From the NCBI GenBank assembly GCA_964016885.1, contig OZ024747.1, positions 8,308,001-8,372,000 on the forward strand: 64,000 nt of DNA, given 5' to 3'. The translations under genes and the position numbers were made by a program. Positions 1-11,921 of the stretch are shown in pieces (the first letter of the stretch is position 1; each line of letters starts with the position of its first letter). Under the pieces are notes generated by a model. That model was not told the origin of the DNA and searched no databases. It saw only the letters and a list, made by a program, of their open reading frames with translations. The stretch is from Eledone cirrhosa (lineage: Eukaryota).

Positions 1-47
1 TCTATCTATCTACCCATCCATCTACCCATCTATCTATCTATCTACCC

Positions 48-88
<41 letters not shown>

Positions 89-92
89 CCCA

Positions 93-692
93 TCCCCGGG
101 CGTAAGCGACCTGTGGAACTATGCAGAACAACTGCTGTCGCGTATGGGACAAATACAGTTGACTGCCGAGTCCATAGTAAGGATCAAACCACCAGACTCT
201 TTCAAAAACGAAAGAGAGGCGGCTTTCCTCTGTACGGTGGCTATGGTGAAAGAAGTTATATGGTGGACGAGGTTGAGAGGACTGAGGACAGATGCCTTTC
301 TCTCCGGACAACAATTGATTCCCTTCTTTAAGTATCACTTTAGAAGGAGAATCAGGGTGGAGAGAGAGGCACTGCACCCCAGTACATTTACTGAAAGGTG
401 GGTGAATGAAGCGAAAATGGCCCGAGTGATTGGGCCTTCTCTGTTTATAAGCCTGTAAGTTGAGGAAGAGAGCAAAAGGAAGAAAGGTGCACTTGCACAA
501 CACGCTCCTCGAGTTGAGGGTTGTTCTATCGACGGGGTATTAAACAACCCATTTGTGGCGCCTCCCCCCTATTGGGGATTTCGATTGTTGAAATTGTTTG
601 TTTTTATATTTTTTACACGACTGTATGTAAAATCCCCGGCATGTATTTGTATTGTCCCCTTTCTTGTTGCGCCCTTGTGGCTAATAAAGAAA
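93..692 (+). mobile_element. 5'-truncated Tx1/L1-like non-LTR retrotransposon (subfamily 1), ORF2 C-terminus plus 3' UTR
   Basis: ORF 144-458 (DLWNYAEQLLSRMGQIQLTAESIV...AMVKEVIWWTR...ERW) is homologous to 1410-1760; ends AATAAAGAAA; both flanks are (TATC)n. Confidence 0.8.
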
Positions 693-772
693 TCTATCTA
701 TCTATCTACCCATCCATCTACCCATCTATCTATCTACCCATCTATCTACCTATCTATCTATGTATCTATCTA

Positions 773-2022
773 TCGCCAAAATGGAGCGCGCACTCTTCCA
801 ATTCCTTTGGAAGAAGCGGGCTCCTATGGTGAGGAGATCCATCTGCTGTCAACACCCTTCGAAAGGAGGGCTGGGGATGCCGTGGCTAATGATATGTAAA
901 CACGCATTAAGGCTACGGCACCTCCAGGTATTCCTCTCCGGTCAACCGGTGTGGGCCCCGTTTGTGAGGCGAGCCTTTCCCAGACTCGTCTCACTCACCG
1001 AGCTGCAATCCTGGGTCAAGCAAAGACCGAGAAAACTGGGCGCCTGGCACATCGAGTGTGCCCAGGCGCTCATGGCTCTCTGGCAGGCGGACCCGGCTGT
1101 CAGTGGAGAATCCACCTCGTCATTCTATAGAGGGCTGGTGGTTAGCAGGTGCGACGACGCCCTCGGAGAAGCCCTAGGCATGGAGGAAGACGAACTGGCC
1201 AACCTGTTTGGTAGGACATTCAGCCCTAGACCCATGGATAACTCCCAGAGGTCCCTGGCCTGGCAGTGCTACAGAAGGGCTCTGCCCGTTCGAGAAAGGC
1301 TCTACAGACACAGGCGCCCGGGTAGGGACCCCTCGAAAAAGATCTGTCCCAGATGCGTGTGCGACGAGGAAACTGTTGCACACGCATTGGTACACTGCTC
1401 GGCATTGCCGATCTGTGGGGCTATGTCGAACAACTGCTGTCAAGGGTGGGACCAATCCGGTTGACCACTGAGTCTATTGTAACGATCAAGCCGCCTCCCC
1501 TCTTCAAAAACGAAGGAGAGGCGGTGTTTCTGTGCGTAATAGCCATGGCGAAAGAGGTTGTATGGTGGACGCGTTTGAAAGGACTGAGGTCAGACACCTT
1601 TCTCTCTGGCCAACAACTGGTCCGTTTCTTCCGATATCATTTTGGAAGAAGGATCAGGATGGAGAGAGAGGTGCTGCACCCCAGCCGTTTCTATGAAAGA
1701 TGGGTGAAAGTGGCGAGAATGGCCCATGTGAATGGGCCTTCACTCTACATCAGACTATAAGTGAGGAAGATGAAAGACCAAGGGAGCACCCCTTCTCTGT
1801 GCTCCTGAGGAAAAGGGTTGCACACTTTTTTTCGGGGGTGTGTGCAGCCCCCCAAGGCGCCTCCTCTCTATTGAGGACTTTGTTATAAATTTTATTCTGT
1901 TATATTTTATTTTATTTTTATATTTTGTTATTGCCTCCTCCTTATTGAGGACGCCTTGTTTTGTAAACTCCCCCATTGTACTTGTCCCACTTTTGATGCC
2001 CTGGTGGCAAATAAAAGAAACA
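773..2022 (+). mobile_element. 5'-truncated Tx1/L1-like retrotransposon (subfamily 2) with zf-RVT CCHC motif and one frameshift
   Basis: ORF 760-1464 has FLW...KGGLGMP and CPRC-x4-ETVAHALVHC, typical of L1/Tx1 ORF2 C-termini; continues in another frame from about 1410 to the stop at 1760; 3' UTR ends AATAAAAGAAACA; (TATC)n on both sides. Confidence 0.85.
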
Positions 2023-2038
2023 TATCTATCTATCTATC

Positions 2039-2079
2039 TTGTCCCCTTTTCTTGTGCGCCCTTGTGGCTAATAAAGAAA
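2039..2079 (+). mobile_element. About 40-bp 3'-terminal stub of the Tx1-like subfamily 1
   Basis: TTGTCCCCTTTTCTTGTGCGCCCTTGTGGCTAATAAAGAAA is nearly identical to 652-692. Confidence 0.75.
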
Positions 2080-2462
2080 TATATCCATCCATCCATCCAT
2101 CCATCCACCCACCCACCCATCCATCCACCCACCCACCCACCCATCCATCCATCCATCCATCCATCCATCTACCCAGACATCCATCCACCCACCCACCCAG
2201 CCATCCATCCACCCACCCATCCATCCATCCACCCATCCATCCATCCATCCATCCATCTACTCACCCAGCCACCCAACCAGCCATCCATCCACCCAACCAG
2301 CCATCCATCCACCCAACCAGCCATCCATCCACCCAACCAGCCATCCAGCCACCCAACCAGCCATTCATCCACCCAACCAGCCATCCATCCACCCAACCAG
2401 CCAGCCAGCCATCCATCCATCCACCCAACCAACCACCCATCCACCCAGCCAGCCAGCCAGCC
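2080..2462. repeat. Compound (CCAT)/(CCAC)/(CCAG) tetranucleotide repeat
   Basis: Direct reading. Confidence 0.95.
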
Positions 2463-3015
2463 ACACTACTAACACATTACTCTACTCTCAACCTTTTGTG
2501 ATCAAGTACAAACAACGATGAAGGACTGAGCTGAAATCTCCACCTGGTGTAGCAATCATTCTCTTCCATACAGTAGTATATCAGTAGACATTTAGGATTT
2601 GGTTTCCTTATCTCTGAAACTGTATCACTTAGTTTAATGACTAAACTGAGACATAAAACGCTAGCCATTCTTCACTCACTCACATCGATTAAGTATAGTT
2701 TGCAGAATGCAGTGAGAGGGGTTGGGGCTGGGGTGGGAAAATAGAGGAATGGAGGCATGATCTCACTCGTGTACATATAATATAAACTAAACTTGCTTCC
2801 ACAAAAATTCTAGTGATTATTTTGCTGCTTTCATAATATAAGCCTTCACATCATGTGAACTATAAAGTCAGGAAAGCAAATACCCCCCCCCCCTCATCAC
2901 TGTTTCACTTTACTTTGCCTACATCACCTACAATTTAATATGCATCTATATGTATGCATATGCAGAAATTAATTACTTCAAATACAACACACACATTATA
3001 TAAACATACATATTA

Positions 3016-3052
<37 letters not shown>

Positions 3053-3063
3053 CCATACACATG

Positions 3064-3135
<72 letters not shown>

Positions 3136-3190
3136 GCTATATTGATACATATATACATATCTATATCTATACATATATACATACATATTA

Positions 3191-3260
<70 letters not shown>

Positions 3261-3371
3261 CACATGCATACATATATATAGATATAGATATATATATACA
3301 CATAGCCATATTGATACATATATACATATCTATATCTATACATATATACATACACATTATCTCTCTCTCTC

Positions 3372-3427
<56 letters not shown>

Positions 3428-3597
3428 CACATGCATACATATATATAGATATAGATATATATATACACATAGCCATATTGATACATATATACATATCTAT
3501 ATCTATACATGTACATATATATATATCTACACACAAATATATATATATATATAAATCAAAGAAACAAATGGAGGAAGAAGAGTGTATATATATATAT

Positions 3598-3926
3598 ATC
3601 ATCATTTTTCATCATTTTACGTCCGCTTTTCCCTGCTTGCAAGGGTGGGACGGGAACTGATTCTGGCTTGATTTCTACAGCTGGATGCCCTTCCTAACAC
3701 CAACCTCATTTACAGTGAGTGCTGGGTGCTTTTTTGCCGTGGCACCTCCACGACCACTCTGCAGTGGAATGATAGGGACCCCAGTCCCTATCATCTCATT
3801 TCTACAGCTGAGTAAACTGGAGCAATGTGAAATAAAGTGTCTTGCTCAAGGAAACAACACATCACCCGGTCTGAGAATTGAACTCACAACCTTTCGATTG
3901 CAAGGCCAATACCCATGTGCCTCCAT
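3598..3926 (-). mobile_element. SINE family A (tRNA-like head, CORE-like centre, RTE-derived tail)
   Basis: Near-identical to 20540-20868, 27152-27480 and 58285-58617; this copy has a deletion in the A-box region. Confidence 0.85.
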
Positions 3927-3940
3927 AAAATGATATGTAC

Positions 3941-4009
3941 CTCCCCGGCGGGGAATCGAACCCCGGTCTCCTGCATGACAGGCGGGGATACTTACCACTA
4001 TACTACCGA
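3941..4009 (-). pseudogene. tRNA-Asp(GTC) pseudogene
   Basis: Minus strand TCGGTAGTATAGTGGTAAGTATCCCCGCCTGTCATGCAGGAGACCGGGGTTCGATTCCCCGCCGGGGAG matches metazoan tRNA-Asp; first 3 nt replaced by (TA)n, C-A mismatch in the anticodon stem, TTTT about 10 nt downstream. Confidence 0.85.
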
Positions 4010-4470
4010 TATATATATATATAGTATGGACCTGTAACTCATGAAGGAGTTGTAGAAGTGCCATATTGACATACACCATTTCTAGGGTATTTTTAAATCT
4101 GGCAGAACCTATCTCCTTTCCAGGTCTGAATACACCAGATTTCTTCCAGAAAAGGATAGCGAGTGAGAGAATGGAGGTGAGAAAGAGATATAAAGGAAAA
4201 ATTGACCCCAATATTTGACTGATACTTTTTTATCGACCTCCAATGGATGAAAGGCAATGTTGACCATGGTGCGATTTGAACTTAGAGAGCATTCTATCTG
4301 AAGTTCTAAGGAATCTGCCAATTTGCCTATATATACAGGCCAGTATTTTTCTCCAATAACTCAATGACCAAATCACATGTAAATATCGATTTGATCTTAT
4401 ATCCCCACCAACATAGAATGATTCTTGCAATCATTTCATTGACACTGATCTTGTAAAGATTCAGTGACAC

Positions 4471-4730
4471 TTACCTTTTTCATACCAAATCATTTAAAAC
4501 CACACCTGATTTTTCCATACAAAACTGTTTGTTTTAAATTGTTTAGATTTATCTAGAACCATTTTATCATAATTTTATGTAAGAGCCTTGTTAAGCTATC
4601 TTCCAAATATTAATTTAATAATGAGAAAATTAATTATATTATTAAATCCTTTCAAATTCTTGATTATTTTTAAAATTATCTGAAACAGATAGACAGTATC
4701 TTTCTTTAAAAAAGGGTAAAGAAAGGGTTA
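4471..4730 (-). mobile_element. Degenerate TTAA-ended (piggyBac-like) MITE, family P1
   Basis: Ends ...GAAAGGGTTAA; internal ATCATAATTTTATGTAAGA shared with copies near 9669, 9881, 14395, 33340, 34160, 37315, 42930 and 55595. Confidence 0.55.
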
Positions 4731-4939
4731 ATACAATAACCATGCTGAATAAATGATATTTGGGAAAGAGTTCTAGACTGAACATTCATCATATTCATCA
4801 GATTCAATAAATGTTTGAAATATTGTTGCTGCTGTTGTTGAAGAAACATTTTTCTTTGAAGTATTTACATAAGACTCAGGTGGGCTTTTCTCACTGAAAA
4901 CTTCTGTACAGGTCAGTGATCTAATATTCATTTGTATAC

Positions 4940-5800
4940 TTGTCATATGTTTCAGTCTAATCCCATATCATGACATCTTGAGAAAGTGTCATTTACCATG
5001 GCCATGGATAGGCCTTGAGAGAGAAATTGGGGAGATAAAAACTCTTTGGAAGCCCACCAGATGGAATTGTACCTGTAACTCAAAGGGCCAGCATTGTCAC
5101 ACACTGTGTCACACTGAATCTCCCTGAGAACAATGTTAAGAGTAGATGTGTGTCTGGAATGTCCAGTCACCCTAATTGTTTATACTTTTGTCATATGGTC
5201 AGCAATTTGAAGAGGAGAGGAAAGTTGACCAAATCGATAATACATACAAGATGAACTGTAAATGTTGTCCCACATTATACCATGTTGAATCTCCCTGAGA
5301 TACACGTGTCTGTTGAATCCCCAGTCACACTATAATTGTTTCTACTTTTGGCACAAGGCCAGAAATTTAACCAGTGCATTACTGGTACTTTATTTTATCA
5401 ACCTCGTAAGGATAAAAGGCAAAGTAAACCTCGGCGGGATTTGAACTCAGATCATAAAGGGCTGTAACTCTATGCTGCAAAGCATGGTGTCCGGCTCTCT
5501 ACTGATACTGCCAATCCACTATAATACAAGATGAACTGTACTTGTAATTCAAAAGATCAACTTTGTCACAGCACTGTCTCACACTGAATCTCCCTGAGGT
5601 ACATGTGTCTGTTGAATCCCCAGTCACACTATAATACAAGATGAACTGTACTTGTAATTCAAAAGGCCAACTTTGTCACAACACTGTGTCACACTGAATC
5701 TCCCTGATAGCTACATTAAAGTGAACATGTGTCTATGGAATACTCAGCCACTTACATAAGCAGGCTATTCTATTGGTCAGGCAACTGGAGCATTCATTAT
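4940..5800. repeat. Partly tandem pieces of SINE-like family C (TGTCACACTGAATCTCCCTGAG...TTAAGGGTACAC)
   Basis: Motif repeated four times here and again at 31460-31760 and 47150-47640. Confidence 0.65.
5333..5519 (-). mobile_element. SINE family B (about 190 bp)
   Basis: GATTGGCAGTATC...GAGTTCAAATCCCGCCGAGG...GCCTTTCATCCTTACGGGGTCGATAAAATAAAGTACCAG consensus; more than 15 copies in the window. Confidence 0.85.
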
Positions 5801-5809
5801 TGAAACCAA

Positions 5810-6000
5810 GGGTGGTGGATTGGCAGTATCAGTAGATGCGTCAGACACCATGCTCTGACGCATAGAGTTACGGCCCTTGCCATTCTGAGTTCAAATCCCG
5901 CCTAGGTTAACTTTGCCTTTCATCCTTACGGGGTTGATAAAATAAAGTACCAGTAATGCACTGGGTAATTGCTGGCCTTGTACCAAAAGTAGAAATAATT
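5810..6000 (+). mobile_element. SINE family B with target-site duplication
   Basis: Full-length copy flanked by ATTATTGAAACCAA / ATTATTAAAACCAA. Confidence 0.85.
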
Positions 6001-6325
6001 ATTAAAACCAACAGAGTCACATGTTTCAGTGAAGCTTGCCTAGTCTTTGGTAGAATTTCACAACTTGAAACAATGAAAAGGAGAAACCATTCTATTTCAA
6101 TGTTATTTTTTATTTTTTACCTTTTAAAAGTTGCAACTTGTAATTAACTCCTTCCAGTCTGGAAATTAGAAACTATTCCTTTTAAAGTTAATAATAAAAT
6201 AGAATTGAATACTCCCAACACACACACATATGTGAGAGCAGAAGAGGTTGGGGTAGTGGAGGGAGGGACGGGGGATGGGGGAGGGCTTGATGTGACAACC
6301 TATTAACACCTATCTTTTTTATATC

Positions 6326-7112
6326 TGCTACTACCACTACTGCTGCTGCGACTACCACTACGCTGCTGCTGCTGCTGCTCCTGCTACTACTACTACTAAT
6401 ACTACTGTTGCTGCTGCTACTACTACTACTGTTGCTGCTACTACTACTACTACTTCTACTACTACCACTAATACTACTATTGCTGCAACCACTACTACTA
6501 CTGTTGCTACAGCCACTACTACTACTGTTGCTACTACTACTACTGTTGCTACAACCACTACTACTACTGTTGCTACTACTACTACTGTTGCTACAACCAC
6601 TACTACTACTGTTGCTACTACTACTACTGTTGCTACAACCACTACTACTACTGTTGCTACTACTACTACTACTACTACCACTGTTGCTACAACCACTACT
6701 ACTACTGTTGCTACTGCTACTACTACTACTACTACTACTGTTGCTACAACCACTACTACTACTGTTGCTACTACTACTACTGTTGCTACTGCTACTACTA
6801 TTACTACTACTACTGTTGCTACAACCACTACTACTACTGTTGCTACTACTACTACTACTACTGTTGCTACAACCACTACTACTACTGTTGCTACTACTAC
6901 TACTACTACTACTACCACTGTTGCTACAACCACTACTACTATTGTTGCTGCTACCACTACTACTACTACTACTGTTGCTACAACCACTACTACTACTGTT
7001 GCTACAACCACTACTACTACTGTTGCTACTACTACTACTACTACCACTGTTGCTACAACCACTACTACTATTGTTGCTGCTACCACTACTACCACCATCA
7101 TCACCACTGCTA
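6326..7112. repeat. Compound (CTA/CTG/CCA)n trinucleotide array with a 15-24 nt higher-order unit
   Basis: ACTGTTGCTACAACC(ACT)n units. Confidence 0.95.
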
Positions 7113-7126
7113 CTTAATACTTAAAT

Positions 7127-7317
7127 AATTGTTTCTATTTTTGGCACAAGGCCAGCAATTATCCCAGTGTATAACTGGTACTTTATTTTATCGACCCTGT
7201 AAGGATGAAAGGCAAAGTTAACCTTGGCGGGATTTGAACTCAGATCATAAAGGGCCGTAACTCTATGCTGCAAAGCATGGTGTCCGACCCTCTACCGATA
7301 CTGCCAATCCACCACCC
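7127..7317 (-). mobile_element. SINE family B
   Basis: Matches family consensus. Confidence 0.85.
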
Positions 7318-7526
7318 TGACAATATTTTCTGCTGAATCATTGCAGGATGTTGAGATGGCCCTAATAACATAAATAATGCCTGGCCCTTTAAACAACTCA
7401 TTTTTTCCAGCTGAGTGTACTGGGATATTGTGAAATAAAATGTCTTGCTCAAGGATACAGTTCAATAATTCAATTATTCTTAAATACTTAAATATTTTTT
7501 TCACACTATTATTATTTTTTTTAATA

Positions 7527-8009
7527 TCTAAACTATAATAAAGTAAGATGTGCGGGACTGCGTACGGTTTATAATTTTTTATCCCCTTAGTAAAATAAGT
7601 TGGATTACTTTGAATAAATAATTAATGAATATTACATAATTTATCTACTAAATTTCGTGGCTGTTCATTAAATATATTTTATTACTTATTTAAAGATTCA
7701 CTTCTTTAAAATTTTCAAATGTCAACACTTCCGGTTAGCGATCGCTTAAATAAATATTCATATATTTCTGTCACTAATTTTCTCCTAATGCAGTTTATAT
7801 ATAATATCGTCTTTTTTTAATGTATCATGGATTACGTTACTGATTACATAAGACAGTGTAACACAGTCTTCGTTCAATTTCTGTGGATATTGTCATTTAC
7901 GATGTTATTTGATGTATCATATCTACATGTATATTTACTTGCGTATAATATCAATATGCACACTACACTTGTTAGCAGAAAACCACCCGAAGGGTGGTTT
8001 TTCTGCTAG
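7527..8009 (+). mobile_element. Non-autonomous Helitron-like element
   Basis: A|TCTAAACTATAATAAAG 5' end; 3' hairpin AAAACCACCC-GAA-GGGTGGTTTT then CTAG|T; no TSD. Confidence 0.55.
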
Positions 8010-8016
8010 TATATAT

Positions 8017-8197
8017 AATTGTTTCTACTTTTGGCACAAGGCCAGCAATTATCCCAGTGCATTACTGGTACTTTATTTTATCGACCCCGTAAGGATGAAA
8101 GGCAAAGTTAACCGAGGCGGGATTTGAACTCAGAATGGCAAGGGCCGTAACTCTATGCATCAAAGCATGGCGTTCAACCCTCTACCGATACTGCCAA
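8017..8197 (-). mobile_element. SINE family B
   Basis: Matches family consensus. Confidence 0.85.
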
Positions 8198-9261
8198 TTC
8201 ACGAGGCAGGAATATGACCCCTGTAGTCTAACACCAATAAAAAGATTTTGTATTCTCATTTCTTTGTATTTCAAACCCCCTGTACAAATACAAACACACA
8301 CACACTGTGACACCTCAAAATGGTGTACAATAAACAATGTATTTAGTTGTTTCTTGGCAAAAATATCATTTTCCAACGCCAAACATTTCGCTTATCAGTT
8401 GAAACCATTTTGCTTCCTTCTTAGTGTTAATGTCATTGAGAAAGACAAAATGTTCCAAACTTCCCCATTTCCTATGCCATAAAAATCATGGACTTCTTCT
8501 TCCTTCTCTTTCTTCTCCCCCTCCCCCTCTCAAAACTTTATCTTTCTCACTCAAACCAATATTACAAATTTAATCCACTTTAACTGGCATATCAGACTAA
8601 ACTTGCAGACAAGAGAACTTATCAGTTTGTGCCTATAACTAACTGTTTATTTTGTTTCATTTCTCAGCACATTTCTAAGGAAGCAATATCATGTGATTAA
8701 GGAAGATAGCTTGTAGGAAAGAATCAGTGCCAGAAATACTGGCATCAAAATATTAGTTGCTTAATATGCTGCTTGAGAAATGTTAACACAAGCAATACCA
8801 AAAAGAGAGACGTGTATTTCACTCATGGAAATAATAACCATTGACATAACATCATTTTATTAGCTATTAACATCCTGTAATAATTTAACAAAAACTATTT
8901 GATTGTCAGAAACAGGTGGAGGTCCATTTATTTTTTAATATGAGCTATTGAAATTAATAGTTTTGTTTTGTATTCAGTTAATTTATAATCATTGCATGTA
9001 TCAAGAAAACACTCTTGTACAAGGACACATGCACTCTCTCTCTCTCTTGTCATGGACAAGAGTCAACTGAAACCCTCAAAATCTCTACAAAAGACTTCAC
9101 ACTTTTGATGACCCCCTACCCATTTGTGAAGTCTCTATAAAGCTCAAGTTAGAACTCCACAATGGAATACTCCTCTCACATCCTCAACATAGCAAAAACG
9201 TTACATCCCCAAAACTGACCTACCCCTTTACAGCCAGAATATATTTTAGTTCTCAACTGTT

Positions 9262-9600
9262 AACTCTTAACATTCAGTAATAATTTAGTAGACAAAAAAT
9301 ATAAAAACGAGTTTGTTAATTCAAATGTTTATAGTATCTTTACTAGTGGACAAAATATTTTGAAAAATTGCAAGATTATCTCTCTCTTAACCTCCTGTAA
9401 TAATTTAGCAAATAATATCTAACATTATTTTTGTTAACTTGAATGTTTATAGTATCGTTAATAGTGGACAGATCATTGTGAACATTTACTGTATTACATC
9501 CTGTAATGATTTAGCAGTAAATGTCTAAGAACAGGTTTGTTAATTCGAATATTTACAATATCTTTAATAGTGGACAGATCATTGTGAAACTTTACAGCAT
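9262..9600 (+). repeat. Three degenerate tandem copies of a ~115-bp unit
   Basis: CCTGTAATAATTTAGCA...TTGTTAATTCAAATGTTTATAGTATCTTTACTAGTGGACA repeated; inverted copies at 11240-11465. Confidence 0.7.
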
Positions 9601-9668
9601 TAGAGTAATGGTCTTAATTTTTAATGTGATGCAGTCTTAGTACTGTTTTGCAACTTTTCAAAAATGTC

Positions 9669-10065
9669 TTACTCTTTTGATGCCAAACTGCCTGAAACTG
9701 TTCCTGATGCTATGACTCAAAATTATTTTAAAGTGTTTATATTTATCTAAAAACCTAACATAATTTTGTTAAGTAATATTCTAAACTCTGACAATAGTGA
9801 GGGAGTTAGTTTTATTATTAAATAGCTCCAAAATCATAGGCAGTCTGTTTCATTTGAAATATTGTAATGAAAGAAGTTAAGTGTTTATATTTATTTTAAA
9901 ACATTCCATCATAATTTTATGTAAGAAGATTTGTTAAGTTGTATTCCATACACCAACTTAATAATGAAAAAATTAGTTATATTATTAAATACCTCCAAAT
10001 GTTTAATTTCTTTTCAAAATCTTCGACAGTGTATTATATTTGAAATATAGTAACGAAAGGGTTAA
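9669..10065 (-). mobile_element. Two adjacent P1 MITE copies
   Basis: End in GAAAGAAGTTAA (9880) and GTAACGAAAGGGTTAA (10065). Confidence 0.55.
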
Positions 10066-11239
10066 AACCGAAGCGTACTCGTATCCAAGCTAAATTAAAT
10101 CAATATTTTGCATAGGAAATTACTAGAGATTATATGTATTGCAAGTTAAAAATCTGAGAATACGATGTTTGCGACGTTTATGTTGTGGCAATTACGTGAC
10201 AAAAGTGTTAAAGAGGAGGGAAAATAGATTAAACTTTTTAAAAAATAGAAAATAAAGAATGGAAATTTGCATTGAAGTGCATAAAGATCTTTTGTGAAGA
10301 TATTCCTATCTCACGGTTTTAACCTCTTCAAGTATATACATATAGTTCGTTGGCAAAACAAGATTCTTGTCACTAGGTTGCTTTGAATCGTTTAACAAAA
10401 GCTTTTTTCTGGAGATGGGCGAACTATTCCTCTTGTATTTTATTGGTCAAACTATTTAAAGGAGTACGTTCAGGTTTCACATTTGCAATACAGTATAGAT
10501 TATACAGCTCAACCTATGATAGCCATTTTGGATACATGCCAACATGGTGGAGGTAGGTGGGGGTGATACGTAAAAAAAAAAACACAAAAGATTTTACAAA
10601 CTTCTACTAAATAAAATCTACTCTTGAAGGTTAGCAGTAAAACAACCTCACGTTTCTGCTTTTAAACTGGAATATATTGCATCCTATTTATGTCACGAGA
10701 AAAAGATGAGGGGGGGGGGTATAGAGAGTGGTGGGGGGGGGAGAAAGGGGTAGAGTGTTCGGGATGGGGGGGGGGGGATAAAGAGAGAGAAAGGGATGAG
10801 GAGAGGGAGACAGATAGAGAAAAGAAGAGAGAGAAATAGAAAGGGAGAGAGGTGGGGAGAAGAGAGGGGGGTGAAAAGAGACAGATAGAGAGAGAAAGAA
10901 AGGGAGTTGTTTCATTAAACATTTAAAGCATAAATTAACGAAAAAGAAGAATTATGTAATTTTTTTCTTTTCACATAAAAATGAGAAAATTCTAATATTT
11001 CAAGAAATGAAAAGCTTGAGTTGAATTGTTACAAAATGACAGAATCATTGTCGGATATATTGCATAATAGTATTCGGTTATGGCCATTATATTGTGAGTT
11101 CAAATACAACGGAGGTCAACATCACCTTTCATCATTCTCGTGTTGATAAAATAAAAAGTACCAGTCATGATTTGGAGGCAGTTTAATCGACTATATCCGT
11201 CCTCATCCAAATACTAGGAAATTATATTCTGTATATAGT

Positions 11240-11465
11240 CGTGATAATACTTCAAATTTTCACAACAATTTGTCCACCAGTAAAGCTACTATAAACATTT
11301 GAATTACAAACGTGATTTAAGTTATTTTCTGCTAAATCATTACAGGATGCTAAGAGATATTACTGAAAATTTTCAACACAGTCTATCCACTAGTAAAGAT
11401 ACTATGAACATTTGGACTAACAAACTTGTTTTTAAATAATTTCTGCATTACAGGATGTCAAGAGT
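11240..11465 (-). repeat. Two copies of the ~115-bp unit, inverted relative to 9262-9600
   Basis: TGTCCACCAGTAAAGCTACTATAAACATTTGAATTACAAAC...TGCTAAATCATTACAGGATG is the reverse complement. Confidence 0.7.
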
Positions 11466-11639
11466 AAAAACAAAAACCATTGACACATCTTACTTTTGCT
11501 TTTTCTAATCTGAAAGATGTAATAAAATTAAAAATTCATAAATATTTCAAATATATTTTTGAAAAAGAAATAGGAAATTTACAGCTCTGAAAGTTTATCT
11601 GATCCCCTTAAAGGATATTTTAATTATGGGCCACAGTCC

Positions 11640-11880
11640 TCTCATGAAAATCAGCCTTATGATTGTTGGTCCAACACCCTAACTACGAGGCCATACATCT
11701 TCGCAATCCAATCCAATGACTTTATGATCGTGAGTCCAACACCTACAAGCATTCAAAATCAAACCCACAACTTTATGATCAATTACCCTAACCAACAGGC
11801 TACGCACCACTCGGACCAGGAATCGAACCCACAACCTTATGATTGTGAGTCAAATACCCTAACCACCAGGCTATACATCT
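11640..11880 (-). repeat. Tandem array of about 4 degenerate tRNA-like SINE heads
   Basis: Minus-strand units TAGCCTGGTGGTTAGGGTATTTGACTCACAATCATAAGGTTGTGGGTTCGATT with A/B-box-like motifs. Confidence 0.6.
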
Positions 11881-11912
11881 TTACTGTTTTCGATGAGTAA
11901 TTTTGGTTTAAG

Positions 11913-11921
11913 ACTTACCTG
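11913..11921 (-). other. 5' splice donor of the protocadherin large exon (phase 0)
   Basis: CAG|GTAAGT after codons ...MARQ; exon ends at 11919. Confidence 0.85.

Noticed and set aside
3685-3933. Recurrent [17 protein letters not shown] family
   Set aside because: Antisense translation of SINE A and the RTE 3' UTR, not a gene family
3941-4012. Functional tRNA-Asp
   Set aside because: 5' acceptor bases lost and anticodon stem mismatched
4469-4478. Perfect minus-strand donor AAG|GTAAGT as a downstream Pcdh exon end
   Set aside because: Lies at a MITE terminus with no matching acceptor or coding exon
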